Under the pieces are notes generated by a model. It made no database searches. It was given only the letters and a program-made list of their open reading frames with translations, and was not told where the DNA came from. A stretch of 59,852 nt of DNA, taken from NCBI GenBank assembly GCA_964007735.1, contig CAXGAI010000026.1:1-59852 (forward strand). The letters are read 5' to 3'. Positions 19,402 through 29,108 of this stretch are shown in pieces. The position numbers and the translations under genes are program-made. This DNA comes from an uncultured Rhodopirellula sp. GTDB taxonomy: Bacteria; Planctomycetota; Planctomycetia; Pirellulales; Pirellulaceae. The first letter of the stretch is position 1; every line of letters starts with the position of its first letter.

Positions 19402-20679
19402 TTAGCCGGTGAATCGCGACGCTACGATCGATACGTTTTGTCCGCCGAAGCCGAAACTGTTATTCAAAATAACATCGCACGACTGCTCGCGAGCTTCATT
19501 AGGAACGTAATCCAAATCACAGTTTGGATCAGGATTTTCATAATTGATTGTTGGTGGCAGTGTATTGTCTTTAATAGCCATCAGGCAGAGAATCAATTCG
19601 GTTGCACCCGCGGCGGTAATCAAGTGCCCCATCATACTCTTGGTACTTGAGATGGGAGGTACGGTTTCCCCAAAAATTGTCTTACAAGCCAGCGTTTCGA
19701 CTTTATCGTTGACCTGAGTACTCGTACCGTGAGCGTTTACGTAGTTGATTCTGGAAGGGTCGAAACCGGAGTCTTTAATTGCCAATGACATGCACCCGAT
19801 TGCTCCCCGACCGTCCGGATGCTGATCTGTAACCCGGTAAGCATCGGCTGTACTGCCATAGCCGTTAATTTCACCATAAATCCTGGCGCCACGAGCTTTA
19901 GCATGTTCTAACTCTTCCAGAATCAACATCGAAGAACCTTCTCCGAGTACGAATCCGTCACGCAGCCGATCAAATGGGCGTGAGGCTCCAGTCGGATTTT
20001 CATTGTTTTTGGAGAGTGCTCCGAGAAGATTGAATCCGGTGACTCCAGATGGATGGATCATACTGTGAGTCCCACCGGCGAGCATCACTTCTGTATCGCC
20101 CCGGCGAATTTGAGCGGTTGCTTCGCCCACTGCCTGATTACTCGCCGCGCAGGCGGTAAGTGTATTCGTGGAGGGGCCTTGAATATTGAACATGGCACAG
20201 ATATGAGCCGCAGGCATGTTAGGCTCATTTTCCAATTCACGTTCAAAGTTAAAAGTTTCGTAGGCCGTCGTTGTATAGTCGTTAAAGTTAATATCGTCCT
20301 CGGTAAGACCACCGGCGATACTGCTCATAAAGGAGTTGAAGTGCTGGAATCCTTCACCGGCTCCGAGATAGATGCCAAAACGCTTAGGGTCAATATTGGC
20401 ATCGAGGATTCCGGAATCCTCGACGGCCTGATGAGCGGCTCCGGCACCGAATTTCGTGTGACGCCCACGATTTATCCAGTTAGCAGGATCATCCCCGAAT
20501 TGATCGGCGTCAAAGTTTTTCACTTCAGCGCAAAACTTGGTTGGGAATTTGCTTGCATCAAAGATCGTGGTGCTTGCTACACCAGAGTTACCTTCTTTGA
20601 TGTTATTCCAGGTTGTTTCGAGGTTGTTACCCAGTGGGGTAACCATTCCGATGCCAGTTACGACTACGCGACGTGTCAT
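19402..20679 (-). CDS. fabF: Beta-ketoacyl-ACP synthase II family protein (FabF-like)
   Basis: RRVVVTGIG, catalytic TACAAS, NAHGTST, KSMMGHL, NSFGFGGQN. Confidence 0.88.
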   Translation of the reverse strand: MTRRVVVTGIGMVTPLGNNLETTWNNIKEGNSGVASTTIFDASKFPTKFCAEVKNFDADQFGDDPANWINRGRHTKFGAGAAHQAVEDSGILDANIDPKRFGIYLGAGEGFQHFNSFMSSIAGGLTEDDINFNDYTTTAYETFNFERELENEPNMPAAHICAMFNIQGPSTNTLTACAASNQAVGEATAQIRRGDTEVMLAGGTHSMIHPSGVTGFNLLGALSKNNENPTGASRPFDRLRDGFVLGEGSSMLILEELEHAKARGARIYGEINGYGSTADAYRVTDQHPDGRGAIGCMSLAIKDSGFDPSRINYVNAHGTSTQVNDKVETLACKTIFGETVPPISSTKSMMGHLITAAGATELILCLMAIKDNTLPPTINYENPDPNCDLDYVPNEAREQSCDVILNNSFGFGGQNVSIVASRFTG

Positions 20680-20985
20680 GCGCAGTTAATCCCTTCTTAA
20701 CGTTACCTTGGCGATTGTTTTTCGTATCGCTCGGCAATAATTGTGATTTACAAGGTAATACTCATCGAGAGTATCCCTTGGATTCTAACCGAGCACCTAA
20801 AGTGGTGAAAACCACGATTTACCGTTTTTTGTGCCTACTCGGTCGAATATCAGAGTTTCCATTCCCTTTGTAATTATCACCAAGAGGTTGGTTGGGAGTG
20901 AAAACGGCTATAAATTGCCAGGTAGCACCGAATAGTAAACTAGTCGATCTGCAGGGAGAGCACTGCAAGGTGGGAAGGGAATGTT

Positions 20986-21522
20986 TTAGGACGTTTGGCT
21001 CATCGCGGCTTCGGCGTCGAGCATGAACTGAGGAGGAACCATGGGCTCTCCTTCCGGTGTCACACCAACCCGGTACATGTCGAGTCCACGGAGCATGCAG
21101 ATGAATTCTTCGGGATAGAATTGCTCAATCTCGGAAAGTTCGCCCCGAAGGCACGCAAAGACGAGATTAATCTCGGCAACAAGCTCGCCATCACGATGTG
21201 CTTCACCCAGAATGATTCCACCGTCTTCCCGGATATCAGCAACCGTTGCGGTGTATCGCAAAGAATCCCCGGGAACCACGACATCATGGAAGATGCCCTT
21301 ACTGACCTTAGCTAGTACGACACTTTCACTAAATTGATTTTTTTCACCTACCAATAGCCCGCCGGTCTGTGCCATCCCCTCAATAATGAGAGAATTGGGC
21401 ATCACCTGAAAACCAGGCCAGTACCCATGGATGTGCTCTTCAGCTAACGAGACATTTTTCACGCTAACAGCGCGAGTCCCGCTAACAAATTCTTCGAATC
21501 TATCGATCCAGTACCAGCGCAT
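20986..21522 (-). CDS. FabA/FabZ-family hotdog-fold protein lacking the canonical HFP histidine
   Basis: WIDRF...KNVSLAEEHIHGYWPGFQVMPNSLIIEGMAQ...VVPGD. Confidence 0.8.
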   Translation of the reverse strand: MRWYWIDRFEEFVSGTRAVSVKNVSLAEEHIHGYWPGFQVMPNSLIIEGMAQTGGLLVGEKNQFSESVVLAKVSKGIFHDVVVPGDSLRYTATVADIREDGGIILGEAHRDGELVAEINLVFACLRGELSEIEQFYPEEFICMLRGLDMYRVGVTPEGEPMVPPQFMLDAEAAMSQTS

Positions 21523-21561
21523 AGCTATCTCAGATGATCAAACAGTAAGGGAGGCCTGCTT

Positions 21562-21945
21562 CTAGCTGGCCTTACCTTCGATGTACTTGCAAAGATCCCC
21601 AACCGTCATCAGATTGCCGAAGTCTTGAACGCGAGGATTGCCACTGAAGGTGCTCAGGTCAATAAATGGCATACGCTCACCAAGAGCAGCCAACCCAGCT
21701 TCAGTTACATTACCGTCTGCGACGAACTCGTCATTGGTAAGGATGTCTTCAGGGAACAGTTCGCTACGAGGGATCTCGATGCTGAAGTTCTGCTCCAGAT
21801 TAAAAACAATGTCCAGAAAGTCAATCGATTCAGCTCCCAGATCGCCTACCAAGGTGGCGCCTGAGGTTACTTCATCGTCGTCGCACGCGAGTGCTTCGAT
21901 TAGGATTTCTTTGACGGAATCGAAGATTTCATCAGAAGTCGGCAT
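21562..21945 (-). CDS. Acyl carrier protein, atypical long form (127 aa)
   Basis: LVGDLGAESIDFLDIVFNLEQNFSIEIP (Ppant Ser in an ESI context), ~45-aa insertion, then TVGDL. Confidence 0.88.
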   Translation of the reverse strand: MPTSDEIFDSVKEILIEALACDDDEVTSGATLVGDLGAESIDFLDIVFNLEQNFSIEIPRSELFPEDILTNDEFVADGNVTEAGLAALGERMPFIDLSTFSGNPRVQDFGNLMTVGDLCKYIEGKAS

Positions 21946-22027
21946 TTGTGTTGTACTCCCAAAAACCTACTCATATGTATTAAATGTGAAGTCAACACGG
22001 GCGTTGTCTTCACGGTAAATCGTCTTG

Positions 22028-22531
22028 TTAACTATCAAACGACTGGTTCAGCACATCGGCCGCCTGGTCATATAGTAAAGCAAATTGCTGTCGCAATTTC
22101 CTCACAGCATATGCATCCAAACTGGCCCTGTCAGGCTTGCGGTCTTTGATATTAAAACGCTCGAGCAACAGTTTACTGGACACGGCTGTATTACCATCCA
22201 CTTCACCGGTTGCTTTCAACGTTGTTGTTCTTTCGTCCTGTTTGAGGATTGCAGCTCGGATCGTCAAGGTTTGTCCCGGCGACACAAAGCCCGCATACTT
22301 GGTATTACGAGCCTCTTTCATGATGATCATTGAGTGAGCAAAATCCTCACTTTCACGAACTAACCAGGCACTAGTCTGGAAGAGACCTTCCAGCATCAGT
22401 ACGCCCGGCATTACAGGAAATCTCGGAAAGTGATCCTTGAGATATTCCTCCGCTATGGAGAGTGTCTTGATAGCTGTAATATCCGAACCTTTATTAAGTT
22501 CGAGGATTTTATCTATCAAGATAAACTGCAT
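22028..22531 (-). CDS. 3-hydroxyacyl-ACP dehydratase, FabZ family
   Basis: FILIDKI, EEYLKDHFPRFPVMPGVLMLEGLFQ (His/Glu dyad intact), FVSPGQ. Confidence 0.88.
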   Translation of the reverse strand: MQFILIDKILELNKGSDITAIKTLSIAEEYLKDHFPRFPVMPGVLMLEGLFQTSAWLVRESEDFAHSMIIMKEARNTKYAGFVSPGQTLTIRAAILKQDERTTTLKATGEVDGNTAVSSKLLLERFNIKDRKPDRASLDAYAVRKLRQQFALLYDQAADVLNQSFDS

Positions 22532-22879
22532 GGTTTACGGATTCGTTAGGGATTGGACTTATTAATAAACTGGTTGTTTGGTGCTAATTAAATTAACCAC
22601 TTTACGACCAAGTCTTAAATATAATATTGCACTTTGAATCGCTCAACCGACGAAACCGCTCACCGGCCAACCAATTCAAACTCTTCTACGCTGCCGAATT
22701 GTCGGCAAAATAGGCGCATTATAAGAGCTTCCTTTGTTATCGTCGCTGGAAATGGGGTAGCTTTCGAGATGTTAGCCGCGAGTCACCGCTTTTTGCGCAT
22801 TCATCGTCGAAAGTGTACGGTCGTAACGAGTGTGACGAATGCGTCAGTTTCCAGACCGCTTTCATTCTCTTGTCAGCGC

Positions 22880-22917
22880 AAAAAAACGACCGGAGTTCGC
22901 CTGAATCGGTCCGGTCG
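22880..22917 (-). terminator. Intrinsic terminator after trxA
   Basis: CGACCGGA (22887-22894) pairs with TCCGGTCG (22910-22917). A7 on + gives a U7 tail on minus. Confidence 0.7.
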
Positions 22918-22963
22918 CTCAGTTTTGAGTCAAAAAATCAGCTTAGATCCAGCCAGTCAAGCT

Positions 22964-23290
22964 TTACCCTTTAGCCGTATCCAGAGCTTCCTGAATGGCC
23001 GGTTTTGGCTGTGCACCCACAAGTTGTGACTGAACTTCACCTCCCTTAAAGATCATGAGCGTGGGAATGCTACTCACGCCGTATTGCTGAGCCAGTTCAC
23101 CGGCTTCATCAATGTTTACTTTCACCACTTTAACGCTACCGGCATTTTCATCAGCCAGTTCGTCAATCATTGGTGCAATTTGGCGGCATGGTCCACACCA
23201 CTGAGCCCAGAAATCGACCAATACAGGTTCACCTGCTTGTAATACTTCAGCATCAAAATTGTCTGTTGTTACTTCCAAAGCATTGCTCAT
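22964..23290 (-). CDS. trxA: Thioredoxin
   Basis: VLVDFWAQWCGPCR, SIPTL, 108 aa, AGGAG RBS. Confidence 0.96.
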   Translation of the reverse strand: MSNALEVTTDNFDAEVLQAGEPVLVDFWAQWCGPCRQIAPMIDELADENAGSVKVVKVNIDEAGELAQQYGVSSIPTLMIFKGGEVQSQLVGAQPKPAIQEALDTAKG

Positions 23291-23415
23291 TTTGGAAACC
23301 TAACTCCTAAAGATTGTGTGTGGGTGACGAGTGGCGGTTTAGCGAAAGATGCTAACCTCTGTAATCGATTGTATTAAATTCTTTGTCGGTGTAAATCAGT
23401 TAGACGTTCTGAATA

Positions 23416-24021
23416 TTAATTACCGTAGGCAATCGACAGGCCGATCATGCCACCAATGACCAGTACCGCGATGGCTATACCCCAGTAGAGAAAGACTCGT
23501 TCTACTTTCTCAGCACGACGTTCGGCTTGCTCGGCTTTCCTTGTTTTTGCCTCAATACTATTGCGTTCCAGTAGTTCAAAAGACACGTTGCAATGAGGAC
23601 AGATGGCCTCTTCGTGAAGCAAGTCCCGGGTCACTACTAAGACATGGCCGTTAGGACAGGCGATGTGTAGTTCATCCTGATTTGCATTGTTATTGTCAAA
23701 GTCAGGAGCTTCTGTTTGACCATGAGATTCTTCACCCGTATCCACGCTGAATTCATCGGCATCTAACTCATTTTCACCAGTCACATCCGGAAAGGACTCG
23801 ACCTCTTCGTATCCGGGCACCGAGACGGCTCCAGAGTAATCGGACATTCCAACAGGCTCAACGGGTGCATTCGGTGAGACGGGCATTGCCGCTGGAGGCC
23901 CGGCTGGATTTGAAGGAATCGACATGGCTGTTGCACAAACCGGACAGTTTACGATCTGCCCTACGTCTTGATCTTCAGCTTGTAGTAAATGACCGCTCGG
24001 ACATCGAAAATGGAATGACAT
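23416..24021 (-). CDS. Double zinc-ribbon protein with a C-terminal TM anchor
   Basis: Two CPxGH...CPxC motifs (CPSGH..CPVC; CPNGH..CPHC), acidic linker, C-terminal hydrophobic helix. ATG 24021 preferred. Confidence 0.75.
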   Translation of the reverse strand: MSFHFRCPSGHLLQAEDQDVGQIVNCPVCATAMSIPSNPAGPPAAMPVSPNAPVEPVGMSDYSGAVSVPGYEEVESFPDVTGENELDADEFSVDTGEESHGQTEAPDFDNNNANQDELHIACPNGHVLVVTRDLLHEEAICPHCNVSFELLERNSIEAKTRKAEQAERRAEKVERVFLYWGIAIAVLVIGGMIGLSIAYGN

Positions 24022-24050
24022 TTTAGGTTCCCGAATTGAATTTAAGAAAC

Positions 24051-24611
24051 TTACTCTCCAAGGGCACGTTTGTAACAATAGTCAAACAGCAACTCCCATT
24101 CAACGCGAGTTACCGCCTGGCAGTAGGTAAGTACACTCGAATCTCCGCGTCCGGCTTGCTGGCATAAGTCGACAAACGCAAAAGGATCCCAATTACCACC
24201 AGGGATTAATTCATACTTATCCTCGCCCTTTGCTAATCGGATGGTTTCCTGTGCTAGGGAATCAAAAACTTCGTGGTGACCAACTTTGCGGAACCAGTAC
24301 TTGGCATTGGAGTAATCACATTCTCGCCGATGCATGATGCCATGCCAGAAGCTGCCGGTCGTTGTGTAAATCTCTTGACTAATTGTATGGGACTCATCCA
24401 GGAAATCATTCCATAGCCACGCTCCTGATATACAACTGGCAGCAAAATCTTCATCGACGACAATATCCGTAAAGGCATTTTCAACGGTGGTAGCCTGGAG
24501 CGCACTGTATAAGTCCTGATTTACGGAGCCTTCATCCATAGCCACGTCTCGGGAAGGATCAATAAGTGATTCGAAGACTGGCCCGTATTTGGCAACTGAG
24601 AAATCTGTCAC
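24051..24611 (-). CDS. Conserved hypothetical protein (HGIMHRRExDYxNAxYW family)
   Basis: SHTISQ...SFWHGIMHRRECDYSNAKYWF...WDPFAFVD...EWELLF motif set. Confidence 0.75.
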   Translation of the reverse strand: MTDFSVAKYGPVFESLIDPSRDVAMDEGSVNQDLYSALQATTVENAFTDIVVDEDFAASCISGAWLWNDFLDESHTISQEIYTTTGSFWHGIMHRRECDYSNAKYWFRKVGHHEVFDSLAQETIRLAKGEDKYELIPGGNWDPFAFVDLCQQAGRGDSSVLTYCQAVTRVEWELLFDYCYKRALGE

Positions 24612-24877
24612 GATATAAGCGGTCCCGTAATTTAAATGTAAGAAAGAGATCTGATATTTACTATGTTCCGGTTGTGCACCTCAATAAGTCAACATCTTCC
24701 GACTAATTGTTTCCTCGCTTTACGAACTAAACATCTAGCTGACTACCCATTTACGAATACCACTGCTAAACTACTCTTTAACCCTGTCCTGTTCATTAAT
24801 GGGAGGCTTTAGGGGGATTTTAACCAACCAAATAAAAGCTCAGCAATGAGTCCAACCTGAACTAAAACATAGTCGAC

Positions 24878-26380
24878 ATGATGCCAGACGATATCAACAC
24901 ACAGACCGAGCAGAATCAAACTGAAGAATCAACCGTTCAGGAGAATCCGGCTCCGGTCGATTCGGAACCGGAAGCGGTGGAGGCTGAAGCTGTGACATCG
25001 GTGGCTGAGGATAATAATACAGGACCTAAGATTCAGATCGGCTCGCGTCGAAAGAATAGTGAAGATGGCAAACCTAAGGGAGCGAAGCCACATGTTGGCG
25101 GCAAAGCTCCGGCTGTACCTGCCCCGGTCCCGAACAAAGGTCCCGTACCTGTACCTTCTGTGAGAGATCATCTGCCACAGGATCTGGAAGACGAGATTGC
25201 AGCGGCGTTGGGAGGGCAAAGCATTGATGCTTTGATGGAACAGTCCGCACCAGCCAACGCGGCTCAGGTTGAAACAGACGATCGCCGTCGGGCTACGGTT
25301 ATTAGAATTGATGCCAAGCATCTTTTCGTCTCTTTGAGTTCGGCTTCCGAAGGTGTGGTTTCTCTACAAGTCTTCACCGAGATTCCTGAAGTTGGCTCTG
25401 AAATCGATGTGATTGTCACCGGTTTCAATGAAGATGACCAGATTTACGAAGTCACCGTGCCGGGCGCAGCGGTCTCCGTCGCTGACTGGAGTGACCTGCA
25501 GGAAGGTGCGGTCATTGATGTAACAATCACTGGCAGTAATGTCGGTGGACTGGAGTGTCAGGTGAATTCGATTCGTGGATTTATTCCGGCGAGCCAGATT
25601 TCGATTTATCGCGTTGAGAACTTTGAAGAATATGTTGGAAAGAAACTGCAGTGTGTGGTAACTGAAGCAAGTGCCGAACGCCGTAACCTGGTTCTCAGTC
25701 ACCGATCTATCATGGAACGTGAAGCGGCTGAACAGCGTGAGCAGAAACTCGGTTCATTGGAAGTCGGTTCCGTGCACGAGGGAATCGTTCGTAGCGTGAA
25801 GGATTTCGGTGCTTTCGTGGACATCGGAGGAATTGATGGTCTGATCCATATCAGCCAGATGAGTTGGGAGCGGGTGAAGCATCCCAGTGAACTCGTGAAA
25901 GAAGGAGATAAGGTCAAGGTTCGTCTGGAGAAGATGAATCCTGAGACAGGCAAACTCAGTCTTTCGCTGCGAGCCATGCAGGCCCACCCGTGGGAAGGCA
26001 TTAACGAGCGTTTTCGAGTGGGCGAAGTGGTTTCCGGGGCCGTGTCTCGAATTGCTGATTTTGGTGCATTTGTTAAGTTGGCTCCCGGTATCGAAGGACT
26101 GGTTCACATTAGCGAATTGGCTCATCGCCGAGTAAACCTAGTGAGTACTGAAGTGAGTGAAGGGCAGGATGTATCGGTCAAGGTTTTATCAGTTGATGTG
26201 CAGAATCAACGAATTGCTCTATCGATTAAGCAAACTACCGCAGCACCAGCCAAAGAATCGAAGAAAGGTGATGCAGAAGAGTTGCCACCACGTGAGATGG
26301 CAGTTAAACGCTCAGATGCTCCTCTCAAAGGTGGTCGTGATCGCTCTTCGGGTGGCGAACAATTTGGGCTCAAGTGGTGA
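24878..26380 (+). CDS. S1 RNA-binding domain protein (RpsA-like, about four S1 repeats)
   Basis: RGFIPASQI, FGAFVDIGGIDGLIHISQM, FGAFVKLAPGIEGLVHISEL; acidic/Pro-rich N-terminal extension. Confidence 0.88.
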   Translation: MMPDDINTQTEQNQTEESTVQENPAPVDSEPEAVEAEAVTSVAEDNNTGPKIQIGSRRKNSEDGKPKGAKPHVGGKAPAVPAPVPNKGPVPVPSVRDHLPQDLEDEIAAALGGQSIDALMEQSAPANAAQVETDDRRRATVIRIDAKHLFVSLSSASEGVVSLQVFTEIPEVGSEIDVIVTGFNEDDQIYEVTVPGAAVSVADWSDLQEGAVIDVTITGSNVGGLECQVNSIRGFIPASQISIYRVENFEEYVGKKLQCVVTEASAERRNLVLSHRSIMEREAAEQREQKLGSLEVGSVHEGIVRSVKDFGAFVDIGGIDGLIHISQMSWERVKHPSELVKEGDKVKVRLEKMNPETGKLSLSLRAMQAHPWEGINERFRVGEVVSGAVSRIADFGAFVKLAPGIEGLVHISELAHRRVNLVSTEVSEGQDVSVKVLSVDVQNQRIALSIKQTTAAPAKESKKGDAEELPPREMAVKRSDAPLKGGRDRSSGGEQFGLKW

Positions 26381-26439
26381 TTTGTGCCAACCTAATACCG
26401 GGTTGTGTACGGATTTGTCTCATTAAGTGGTGAATGTAA

Positions 26440-28065
26440 ATGTCTGGTTTTGATCGATACGACGCCATTATCATTGGTGGTGGACACAACGGCCTGGTCA
26501 CTGCAGCGTATCTCGCTCGTGCTGGTAAGAAAGTTTGTGTACTTGAACGCCGACATGTACTCGGTGGCTGTGCTAATACCGAAGAATTATGGCCGGGTTA
26601 TAAAGTTTCAACAGCGGCTTATGTCGTGAGTCTACTGGAAACCCAGATCATGGCTGATCTTCGGCTCGCGGAAAATGGTCTGAAAATACTTCGTCGAAAT
26701 CCGTCGTCATTTACTCCGTTGTTAGATGGTCGCAGTCTGACATTGGGACCGGATATGCCAGCGAATCAAAAGGAGATTGCTCAGTTTAGTCAGGCTGATG
26801 CTGAAGAGTATCCACGTTATTGCCAGCAGCTTGAGCGGATTGCGCAGGTGGTCGAACCTCTTATGCAGCAACCTGCTTTCAATCCACTGCCTCTTTCCGC
26901 AGGCTGGCGTAGTCGAAGTTTGCCAGCGAAGGTGAAGGATTCCGCACGACTATTTGGACTATATCAGGCACTTAGTGAACTGGGTGATGATTTACCGGAC
27001 GCCATGGATCTTCTTATGGGGGCGGCCCGGCCCGTTTTGGAAAATCGTTTTGAGAGCGAAGTATTGCGTGCGACTCTCGGGACTGATGCGATCATAGGAA
27101 GTTTCCAATCTCTGTCGTCCCCGGGCTCAGCGTATGTCCTGCTTCATCATGTGATGGGCAAAGCTGGTGGTGAGCGTGGTGTTTGGGGTTATGTGCAGGG
27201 AGGTATGGGAACGCTTTCGGATGCTCTGGCTTCGGTCTGCCAGAGTTTATCTGTCGATATATATCGGGAATCGGAAGTGCGTCGCGTTCTGGTTGAAGAG
27301 GGAGTTGTCGTGGGAGTCACGCTTGAAGATGGTCGATTGATCGAAGCACCGATCGTTGCCTCGAGTGTGGATGCTAATTTGACGTTCAATCGTCTTGTTA
27401 AAGCAGGAGATCTTCCGGAGACTTTCATGCGAGCCGTGAATCGTATTGATTACAGCTCGGCTTCGATGAAAATCAATTTGGCGTTAAGTGAGATCCCGCA
27501 ATTTACCTGTAGGAAGTCTGACGGCGTTGGTCCTCACCATCATGGAACGATTCACATCAGCCCAACGATGGGATATATCGAACGAGCATATGCTGACGCT
27601 GTGGCCGGTTGGCCCAGCACAGAGCCGGTACTGGAGATTACCATTCCAAGCAGTGTGGATTCGTCAATTGTTCCGGAGGGTAAGCACCTGATGAATGTCT
27701 TTGTGCAGTTTGCACCGTATGCATTGTCGGAAGGAAAACATTGGGATGACATTAAAGAAGATTTCGCTGATCGGTGTATCCAACTGCTTGCAAGGTATGC
27801 GCCAAATGTTCCGGACTCTATTGAGCATCGTCAGGTGTTAAGCCCGTTGGATTTAGAACGGGAATTTGGTCTAACCGGAGGCAATATTATGCAGGGTGCC
27901 ATGTCTCCGAACCAGTTGTTCTTCAATCGGCCGGTAACCGGCTGGGCTGATCATCGAACGCCACTTGTCGGTCTGTATTTGTGCGGAGCAGCAAGTCATC
28001 CAGGCGGTGGCGTTATGGGGACTTGCGGACGTAATGCGGCGGCGGCCATTCTGAAAGATCATTAG
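26440..28065 (+). CDS. FAD-dependent oxidoreductase, phytoene dehydrogenase-like (PYROXD2-type)
   Basis: IIGGGHNGLVTAAYLA..LERRHVLGG, WGYVQGGMG, LYLCGAASHPGGGVMG..GRNAA. Confidence 0.88.
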   Translation: MSGFDRYDAIIIGGGHNGLVTAAYLARAGKKVCVLERRHVLGGCANTEELWPGYKVSTAAYVVSLLETQIMADLRLAENGLKILRRNPSSFTPLLDGRSLTLGPDMPANQKEIAQFSQADAEEYPRYCQQLERIAQVVEPLMQQPAFNPLPLSAGWRSRSLPAKVKDSARLFGLYQALSELGDDLPDAMDLLMGAARPVLENRFESEVLRATLGTDAIIGSFQSLSSPGSAYVLLHHVMGKAGGERGVWGYVQGGMGTLSDALASVCQSLSVDIYRESEVRRVLVEEGVVVGVTLEDGRLIEAPIVASSVDANLTFNRLVKAGDLPETFMRAVNRIDYSSASMKINLALSEIPQFTCRKSDGVGPHHHGTIHISPTMGYIERAYADAVAGWPSTEPVLEITIPSSVDSSIVPEGKHLMNVFVQFAPYALSEGKHWDDIKEDFADRCIQLLARYAPNVPDSIEHRQVLSPLDLEREFGLTGGNIMQGAMSPNQLFFNRPVTGWADHRTPLVGLYLCGAASHPGGGVMGTCGRNAAAAILKDH

Positions 28066-28153
28066 GTGAGTTACAGTCATCCGGCATTTTCTCCATCACC
28101 GACAGGACAGGCCTGGATGAAGGAGCAGAGCCTTAAGACAGGAAAGCCCAGAC

Positions 28154-29098
28154 GTGCAATCCTCTAGCGAACCTCAAAATATTCAAAATGATACGTCCGA
28201 ATCTGCGGACGGTATGAATGTTCGAGGCAATGTGCTACGGGCTCGGTGGATGATTATTCTGGCCGCTGTTTTGTGGAGCACAAACGGGTTCTTTGCCAAG
28301 GCGCCTTGGTTTGAGGGTTGGCCGGGTTTCGTTTTGGCGTTTTGGCGAGCCATGTTTGCTTGTGCTATCTTGCTACCGCTGGTGCGTCGCCCTCAATGGT
28401 CTTGGCGTTTGATACCCGTGACTCTGATTTTTGCGGCAATGAATTATACGTACCTGACAGTGATGGAACGGTACGAGGCATCTAATGCCATCTGGCTGCA
28501 GTACACCGCACCCATTTGGATTATTACGCTGGGGGTGGTGTTCTTAAAGGAGAACACCTCTTGGGCTGATTGGGTGATGGTTTTCTTTCAAATGATCGGA
28601 GTCCTTGTTATTCTGGTTCCCCAATTTCAGAATGATACGGTTTGGGGACTGACACTCAAAATCCTTGTTGGCTTTACCTATGCATTGGTCGTTTTATCGC
28701 TTCGTTGGATGCGCGATTTTGAAGCTGCCTGGATCGTGGGAATCAACCATGTTATGACGTGTGTTGTTTTTCTTCCCTTTGTGCTGCATGTTGGTATATA
28801 CCCATCCGAAATGGTTCAGTGGATTGCTTTGGTTGCATTTGGAATGTTGCAGATGGGGTTGCCTTATTGGCTATTTGCCAAGAGTGTAAAGCATCTTCCC
28901 GGGCACGAAGCGACTGGAATTGTTATTTTAGAACCTATCCTCGTCCCCATATGGGTTTATATAGCGTGGGGACACCTTTCAAGTTATGAGAGTCCAAGTG
29001 CAAGTACCGTTGTCGGTGCCGTTTTTATTTTATTCGGACTTGTTGTTCGATTTCTTAACGAACGAAAGACTGTTCGCCAGTCAGAATCTAGGGGTTAG
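28154..29098 (+). CDS. DMT/EamA family transporter
   Basis: About 10 TM segments; LQYTAPIW, LEPIL motifs. Confidence 0.85.
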   Translation: MQSSSEPQNIQNDTSESADGMNVRGNVLRARWMIILAAVLWSTNGFFAKAPWFEGWPGFVLAFWRAMFACAILLPLVRRPQWSWRLIPVTLIFAAMNYTYLTVMERYEASNAIWLQYTAPIWIITLGVVFLKENTSWADWVMVFFQMIGVLVILVPQFQNDTVWGLTLKILVGFTYALVVLSLRWMRDFEAAWIVGINHVMTCVVFLPFVLHVGIYPSEMVQWIALVAFGMLQMGLPYWLFAKSVKHLPGHEATGIVILEPILVPIWVYIAWGHLSSYESPSASTVVGAVFILFGLVVRFLNERKTVRQSESRG

Positions 29099-29108
29099 AA
29101 TCTAAAGT

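Noticed and set aside
20053..20700. 215-aa plus-strand ORF
   Set aside because: Antisense to fabF; shadow ORF.
19402..22531. Calling the fatty-acid cassette a ladderane pathway
   Set aside because: No radical-SAM or methyltransferase genes in the cassette and no anammox markers in the window; the resemblance is limited to the ACP and dehydratase types.
22634..23029. 131-aa plus-strand ORF
   Set aside because: Overlaps the trxA end and its terminator on the opposite strand; no motifs; probably the promoter region of the fatty-acid cassette.
26440..28065. crtI / carotenoid biosynthesis gene
   Set aside because: Motifs fit the broader PYROXD2-like oxidoreductase group and no phytoene synthase is nearby.
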